From positions 1 to 64,000 of IMG/VR virus record IMGVR_UViG_3300037420_001736: a stretch of 64,000 nt of DNA; one strand, 5' to 3'. This document shows positions 59,819-64,000 of the stretch, piece by piece (the first letter of the stretch is position 1; each line of letters opens with the position of its first letter). The position numbers and the translations under genes were made by a program. The notes beneath the pieces were generated by a model. It did not search any database, had not been told where the DNA came from, and saw only the letters and a program-made list of their open reading frames with translations. The stretch comes from a virus.

Positions 59819-62800
59819 ATGATCATCTTCCTCAAGAAGTCCCAGTTCGCTCTGTTCGATGCGCCGGTGCGCGTGGCGCAGCATGTGCGCAAGGACGGCA
59901 CCGTCGTGGCGCCGCACACGCGCGTGCAGAAGGTGCGCGGCCAGCACCCGCCGTCACATCACCAGGCGCAGGGCGACCTGTTCGGCGACGCGGCGCCGCG
60001 ACAGCACCAGCTGTTCGCCGAGCAGGAGGCCAAGCAGGCGATCGAGCAGGCGAAGAAGCCCGAGCGCGAGAGCCGCGGCCCGGCTGCCAGCGACGCCTGG
60101 GTGAACGAAGGCAAGAGCGCCGACGAGCTGATCCGCGACAAGGCTCACAGGCTGGGCGCCGAGCTGGCCGGCATCATCACCGAGGAGGCGAGCGAGAAGG
60201 ACTTCGCGCCGACCGAACTCCCGAAGGTGATCGCGCAGTGGGCCTCCGAGAACAAGGTGCCCGCCGACGAGCTGCGCCAGGCCGTTTTGGCCTCGCTCGG
60301 CCGGTATGACCTGAGCGAAGGGCGCAAGGCGCAGATTCGCCGCGCGCTGGATCCGACGGCGAAGAAGCCGGCCGCCAATGGCGCTGGATTCGGCACGCTG
60401 TACCACGGCACGCCGAAACCGTTCGATGCCTTCCGCGACCCGACTGGCAGCGCTGACCGCGGCGCCGGCTACAACCACCAGGGCCCGGCCGTCTACCTCA
60501 CGGACGACCCGCACGGCTACGCGCGCTTCTTCGCGCGCGAGGGCGGCGCGAAGCTGGCGTACCAGCTGCAGCGCGAGGGGAAGAAGGACGAGGCTGCACA
60601 GGCCTTCAGTGGCTGGGGCCACGTGCTGTCTGTCAAGCTGGCAGACGACGCGCGCATCCTGGAGCTCGACAAGGCGCCGGCCGAGGTCAAGGACCTGTTC
60701 GAGCGCTCGGTCGGCCATCCCGAGGTCGGCCAGAAGCTGCGCGAGGTGGTGCTGGCGCTGGGCTACGCCGGCCTGGCGTTCACCGAGCCGAACCACCCCG
60801 AGGGCTGGCCGACCAAGGCCGGCGCGCGCACGGTCGCTGTCTATCGGCAGGACAAGGCGATCATCACCGGCGACAAGCCGGCCGCCGAGTACGACCCGAA
60901 GAAGAAACCGGCGCCGACGACGCAGGACGCGATCGACGAGCTCGCCGCCAAGGTCACGCGCTACGCCTCCGGCCTGTCGCGCGCGAAGGACTTCGAGGCC
61001 GCCGGCCACGGCTCGCACCCGGTGGGCGTCGACGTCGGCCAGCTGTCCGACAAGGCGATGGACCAGCTCGCCGACCTGGTGACGCGGCTGCACACGCCGG
61101 TCTTCGTCGACAGCGGCGCCTACAGCCTGTTCCGCTCGCGCGAGAAGCGCCAGGCCGCCGGCGAGGACGTCGAGCCGCTGGACTTCAGCCAGGTGCTGGA
61201 GCGCTACGACCAGCTCACCGACAAGATCGGCGAGAAGAACGAGGCCGAGGAGGACCTGCCCAAGCCCATCCTGGTGATGCCCGACGTCATGGGCGACCAG
61301 GCGGCATCGCTCGACGAGATCAAGAAGCACGCGAAGTGGATCAACGTCGAGTGCAGCTTCGACGTCGCGCGGCCGCTGATCGCGATGCCCAAGGGCGACA
61401 TGAGCCTGACGGCCTACTACGACGCCGTGGTCGAGGCGATCGGCACCAGCCGCTTCATCGTCGGCATCCCGGCTGTGAGCGGCGCCTGGACGCCGGAGCA
61501 GGTCACTGCGTTCCTGCGCGAGCGCGAGCCTGCGCGCGTGCACTTCCTCGGCGCGCTGCACGAGAGCCGGCTGAACAAGTGGCTGGCCGCCGTGGTCGAG
61601 TCAGGCCACCAGCCCGAGATCACCGCCGACGCCAACCCGCTGCGCAGCCAGGTGCTGCCGCGCGACGGCACCAAGCTGGCGCCGGGCGAGCGCGCCAAGA
61701 AGATCACCGACAAGCTGGGCAAGCCGGCCCGAGCGCAGGAGCTCAAGCGCGTGATCGAGCAGCACGGCGGCGAGGATGGCGTGCGCCGCATGCTCGCCGG
61801 CGCCGACTTCGAGCAGCAGCAGCGCTTCATCGGCCTCATTTCCGACCTGTCGGGCAAGCCGCAGATCGAGGTGCGGCACCAGTACGGCCTGGGTGACGGG
61901 CCGGTCGAGGGCGACCGCAAGGTCGAGAACGGAGTCACCTATGTCCTGCGAAACGGACGCTGGCACCGAGCCGGCGATGATGCCGCGGCCGTCGCGCCGG
62001 CGCCGGCGGCTGCCGACACGGGCGCCGACCGCCTGGTGCTGGTCGCGTGCGGCGCCGCTAAAAAGGACGGCGCGCATTCTGCACGGCAGCTTTACACCGG
62101 CGCACTGGCTGGCGTCCTGAACAAGCACCTGCGCCCCGGCAGCGCCGACGTCGCGATCATCTCGGCCAAGCACGGCCTGGTGCACGGCGACCAGGTGATC
62201 GAGAGCTACGACCAGCGCATGACGCCGGAGCGTGCGAAGGAGCTGGCCGCGCAGCCGGTGGACCTGTCGCGCTTCCATGGCAAGCGCTACCGCGAGGTGT
62301 TCATCGCCGGCGGCGCCGACTACCGCGCCGTCGGCGCGGCCTACGTCAAGCAGCTGCAGGACGCCGGCATCGTGGCGGCCGACGCCAAGGTCGACGCCAC
62401 CAGCGGCGGCATCGGCGAGATCCGCGGCCAGCTGGGCGCGTACCTGCGCAGCCTGACGGATGACAAGCTCGATCCGAATCAGGTGCTTTTCCATGGCACA
62501 GGGGCTGACTTCTCCAAGTTCAACGGGCCGGCCTACTTCACGATCAACCGGGGTGTCGCTGAAGACTCTGCCCGCGCTACGGCCGAAGCCTATGGCGGCA
62601 ACGCGCGCGTGATCAGTGCTCGGCTCAGCCTGCGCAATCCGGCGATCGTCTCCGCTGATGAGATCGAAGGCCTGAAGTACGACGACGCCGCTATGCGGCG
62701 TCTGCGAGAAGCCGGGCATGACGGCGCGATGCGGGCTGACCTGCAGGAGGTGTTGGCGTTCGATCCATCGTCTATCGAAACGGTCGGGTCTGAACCGCTT

Positions 62801-64000
62801 TCGCTGCCGGGCCCCACGCGCGCCATCACGCAGGACGAGCTGCGCGCGGCCGCCGAGCGCGCGCCGCACAACCGCGCGGCGCCGTTCGGCGTGCCGGCCG
62901 GCATCAGCAAGGGCGCGCGCCGCGACATCAACGCGCGCGTCGCCCAGCTGGTGGCCGACGGCCAGGTCGACCGCGAGCTGATGCGCCAGTACAGCGGCAA
63001 CGGCGGCTGCGGCGACAGCCTGAACGAGTATTACACCGACCCCGCAGTGGCCCGCGCGATGTGGGACACCATCGGCCGCCTGGGCCTCACGCACGGCACC
63101 GCGCTGGAGCCCAGCTGCGGCACCGGCGTGTTCCTGCACACCGCGCCGGCGGGTTTCCGCGTCACCGGCGTCGAGCTCGATCCGGTCAGCTCGGCCTGCG
63201 CCACCGCGCTGCACGGCGATCGGCACGAGGTGCACACGGCCAGCCTGGAGCGCTTCGCCACCGCCGACAACCGCCAGTTCGACGTCGTCATCGGCAACCC
63301 ACCGTACGGCCCGCGCGGCTTCCTGGCGAAGGACGACAAGGTCGGCATCAGCACGGCCGAGGCCTACTTCACCGACACCGCGCTGGACAAGTGCAAGCCG
63401 GGCGGCATCGTCGCGCTGGTGGTGCCCACCGGCATCATGGACAGCCGCACGAACCTGGCGCTGCGCCGCGAGCTGCTGCGCAAGGGCCAGTTCCTGGGCG
63501 CGCAGCGCATGCCCAACACCGCGTTCGAGCACAGCCACACCGAGGTGACGACCGACGTCGTCTTCCTGCGCAAGCGGCCCGACGACGTCGCCGGGGCGCT
63601 GACGCTGGCCGACGACGAGACGCTGCAGAAGCTGGGCGTGTGGGACGAGGAGTTCCTGGCCGGCACCTACTTCACCGGCCGCGGCGCGCACAACGTGCTG
63701 GGCACGATGGAGGCCGGCTGGCGCGCGAAGGCCGGCATGGGCAACGACATCACCGTCAACGGCTCGATGCAGGGCGTGCCCGAGGCGATCGCCGAGTTCG
63801 TGCCGGATCCGGCCAGCGCCGCGCCGGGCGAGCTGACGGTGCAGCAGGTGGTCGAGGCGCTGCCCGAGCACGAGCGCGACCGCGCGCTGCTGGCGGCCTC
63901 GCGCCTGCCCTACGCCAACACCGCCAAGGTGGGTGACACCAAGGTGGTCGACGGCGTGCAGTACGTGCTGCAGGGCGACCCGCCGCGCTGGCACCGCGTC
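59819..64000 (+). CDS. Giant polyvalent protein (3' partial, at least 1394 aa): leader, two ART-like domains, unknown modules, N6-adenine methyltransferase
   Basis: I translated this frame by hand and it is open from the ATG at 59819 to the window end. It is absent from the track because there is no stop. LYHGTPKPF..AVYLTDD (about 60398). FVDSGAYS (61108). LVLVACGAAKK (about 62035). LFHGTGADF..AYFTIN (about 62488). EPSCGTGVF and VVIGNPPYG (63287). Confidence 0.8.
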   Translation, partial: MIIFLKKSQFALFDAPVRVAQHVRKDGTVVAPHTRVQKVRGQHPPSHHQAQGDLFGDAAPRQHQLFAEQEAKQAIEQAKKPERESRGPAASDAWVNEGKSADELIRDKAHRLGAELAGIITEEASEKDFAPTELPKVIAQWASENKVPADELRQAVLASLGRYDLSEGRKAQIRRALDPTAKKPAANGAGFGTLYHGTPKPFDAFRDPTGSADRGAGYNHQGPAVYLTDDPHGYARFFAREGGAKLAYQLQREGKKDEAAQAFSGWGHVLSVKLADDARILELDKAPAEVKDLFERSVGHPEVGQKLREVVLALGYAGLAFTEPNHPEGWPTKAGARTVAVYRQDKAIITGDKPAAEYDPKKKPAPTTQDAIDELAAKVTRYASGLSRAKDFEAAGHGSHPVGVDVGQLSDKAMDQLADLVTRLHTPVFVDSGAYSLFRSREKRQAAGEDVEPLDFSQVLERYDQLTDKIGEKNEAEEDLPKPILVMPDVMGDQAASLDEIKKHAKWINVECSFDVARPLIAMPKGDMSLTAYYDAVVEAIGTSRFIVGIPAVSGAWTPEQVTAFLREREPARVHFLGALHESRLNKWLAAVVESGHQPEITADANPLRSQVLPRDGTKLAPGERAKKITDKLGKPARAQELKRVIEQHGGEDGVRRMLAGADFEQQQRFIGLISDLSGKPQIEVRHQYGLGDGPVEGDRKVENGVTYVLRNGRWHRAGDDAAAVAPAPAAADTGADRLVLVACGAAKKDGAHSARQLYTGALAGVLNKHLRPGSADVAIISAKHGLVHGDQVIESYDQRMTPERAKELAAQPVDLSRFHGKRYREVFIAGGADYRAVGAAYVKQLQDAGIVAADAKVDATSGGIGEIRGQLGAYLRSLTDDKLDPNQVLFHGTGADFSKFNGPAYFTINRGVAEDSARATAEAYGGNARVISARLSLRNPAIVSADEIEGLKYDDAAMRRLREAGHDGAMRADLQEVLAFDPSSIETVGSEPLSLPGPTRAITQDELRAAAERAPHNRAAPFGVPAGISKGARRDINARVAQLVADGQVDRELMRQYSGNGGCGDSLNEYYTDPAVARAMWDTIGRLGLTHGTALEPSCGTGVFLHTAPAGFRVTGVELDPVSSACATALHGDRHEVHTASLERFATADNRQFDVVIGNPPYGPRGFLAKDDKVGISTAEAYFTDTALDKCKPGGIVALVVPTGIMDSRTNLALRRELLRKGQFLGAQRMPNTAFEHSHTEVTTDVVFLRKRPDDVAGALTLADDETLQKLGVWDEEFLAGTYFTGRGAHNVLGTMEAGWRAKAGMGNDITVNGSMQGVPEAIAEFVPDPASAAPGELTVQQVVEALPEHERDRALLAASRLPYANTAKVGDTKVVDGVQYVLQGDPPRWHRV

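Larger units (their letters stand above)
1..64000. mobile_element. Temperate phage / prophage DNA spanning the entire window
   Basis: Contiguous phage modules: baseplate-fiber-lysis, integrase plus tRNA junction, recombination/replication, small early genes, terminase, portal-MuF-effector genes. No host housekeeping genes seen. Tail and head modules are complementary, not duplicated. Confidence 0.85.

Noticed and set aside
61080-61650. Confident call of a DpdA/TGT-like DNA transglycosylase domain in the polyvalent protein
   Set aside because: The call rests only on a DSGAY-type motif and a plausible alpha/beta pattern. No 7-deazaguanine biosynthesis genes (FolE, QueC/D/E) are present in the window. 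It is kept only as a low-confidence note inside the polyvalent-protein finding.

Overview
High-GC (about 65-67%) DNA that looks phage-derived from end to end. I found no host housekeeping genes. Module order: (i) 2-11239, + strand: Mu/P2-like myovirus baseplate, spike, two tail-collar fibers and a lysis cassette (holin-like protein, SLT endolysin, separate i-/o-spanins). (ii) 11197-14250: three small minus-strand genes, a tyrosine integrase, an att-like repeat-rich spacer and a complete tRNA-Leu(CAA). (iii) 14256-32875, mostly minus strand: recombination and replication genes, including a RecD-like helicase, SMC-like ATPase, PD-(D/E)XK nuclease, SF2 helicase, SSB, VRR-NUC, primase-helicase, a PAPS-reductase-like enzyme and a beta-clamp-like protein. 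(iv) 33068-44137, + strand: about 30 small early genes, many Cys-rich, plus a phage metallopeptidase, an XRE regulator and an acyl carrier protein. This block is interrupted by a 576-bp gene-free region (36521-37096) holding GGTAAC iterons and a perfect 86-bp alternating purine-pyrimidine tract. (v) 44153-46916: small and large terminase. (vi) 47086-50778: a minus-strand 11-gene moron island between terminase and portal (DUF4326, ASCH/DUF3850, a PEP-CTERM protein, a YD-repeat mini-protein). (vii) 50893-64000: portal, a Zeta-toxin-like kinase, tRNA(CAU) followed by about 700 nt of structured non-coding sequence, and a MuF-like protein. After MuF come three enzymes that share an N-terminal leader motif: a PP-loop/PAPS-reductase-like enzyme, a pyrophosphatase-like protein, and a polyvalent protein of at least 1394 aa with two ART-like domains and an N6-adenine methyltransferase, which runs off the window. 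A MarA/SoxS-like moron is inserted among them. The most unusual items are the shared leader on putative virion-delivered enzymes, the tRNA-linked structured RNA candidate, the Z-DNA-prone tract with flanking iterons, the 11-bp-phased CGGGCGCA repeats, a recurring palindromic operator and a repeated intergenic cassette. All functional calls come from motif recognition by eye; no searches were run. Most long ORFs antisense to these genes are high-GC shadow ORFs.
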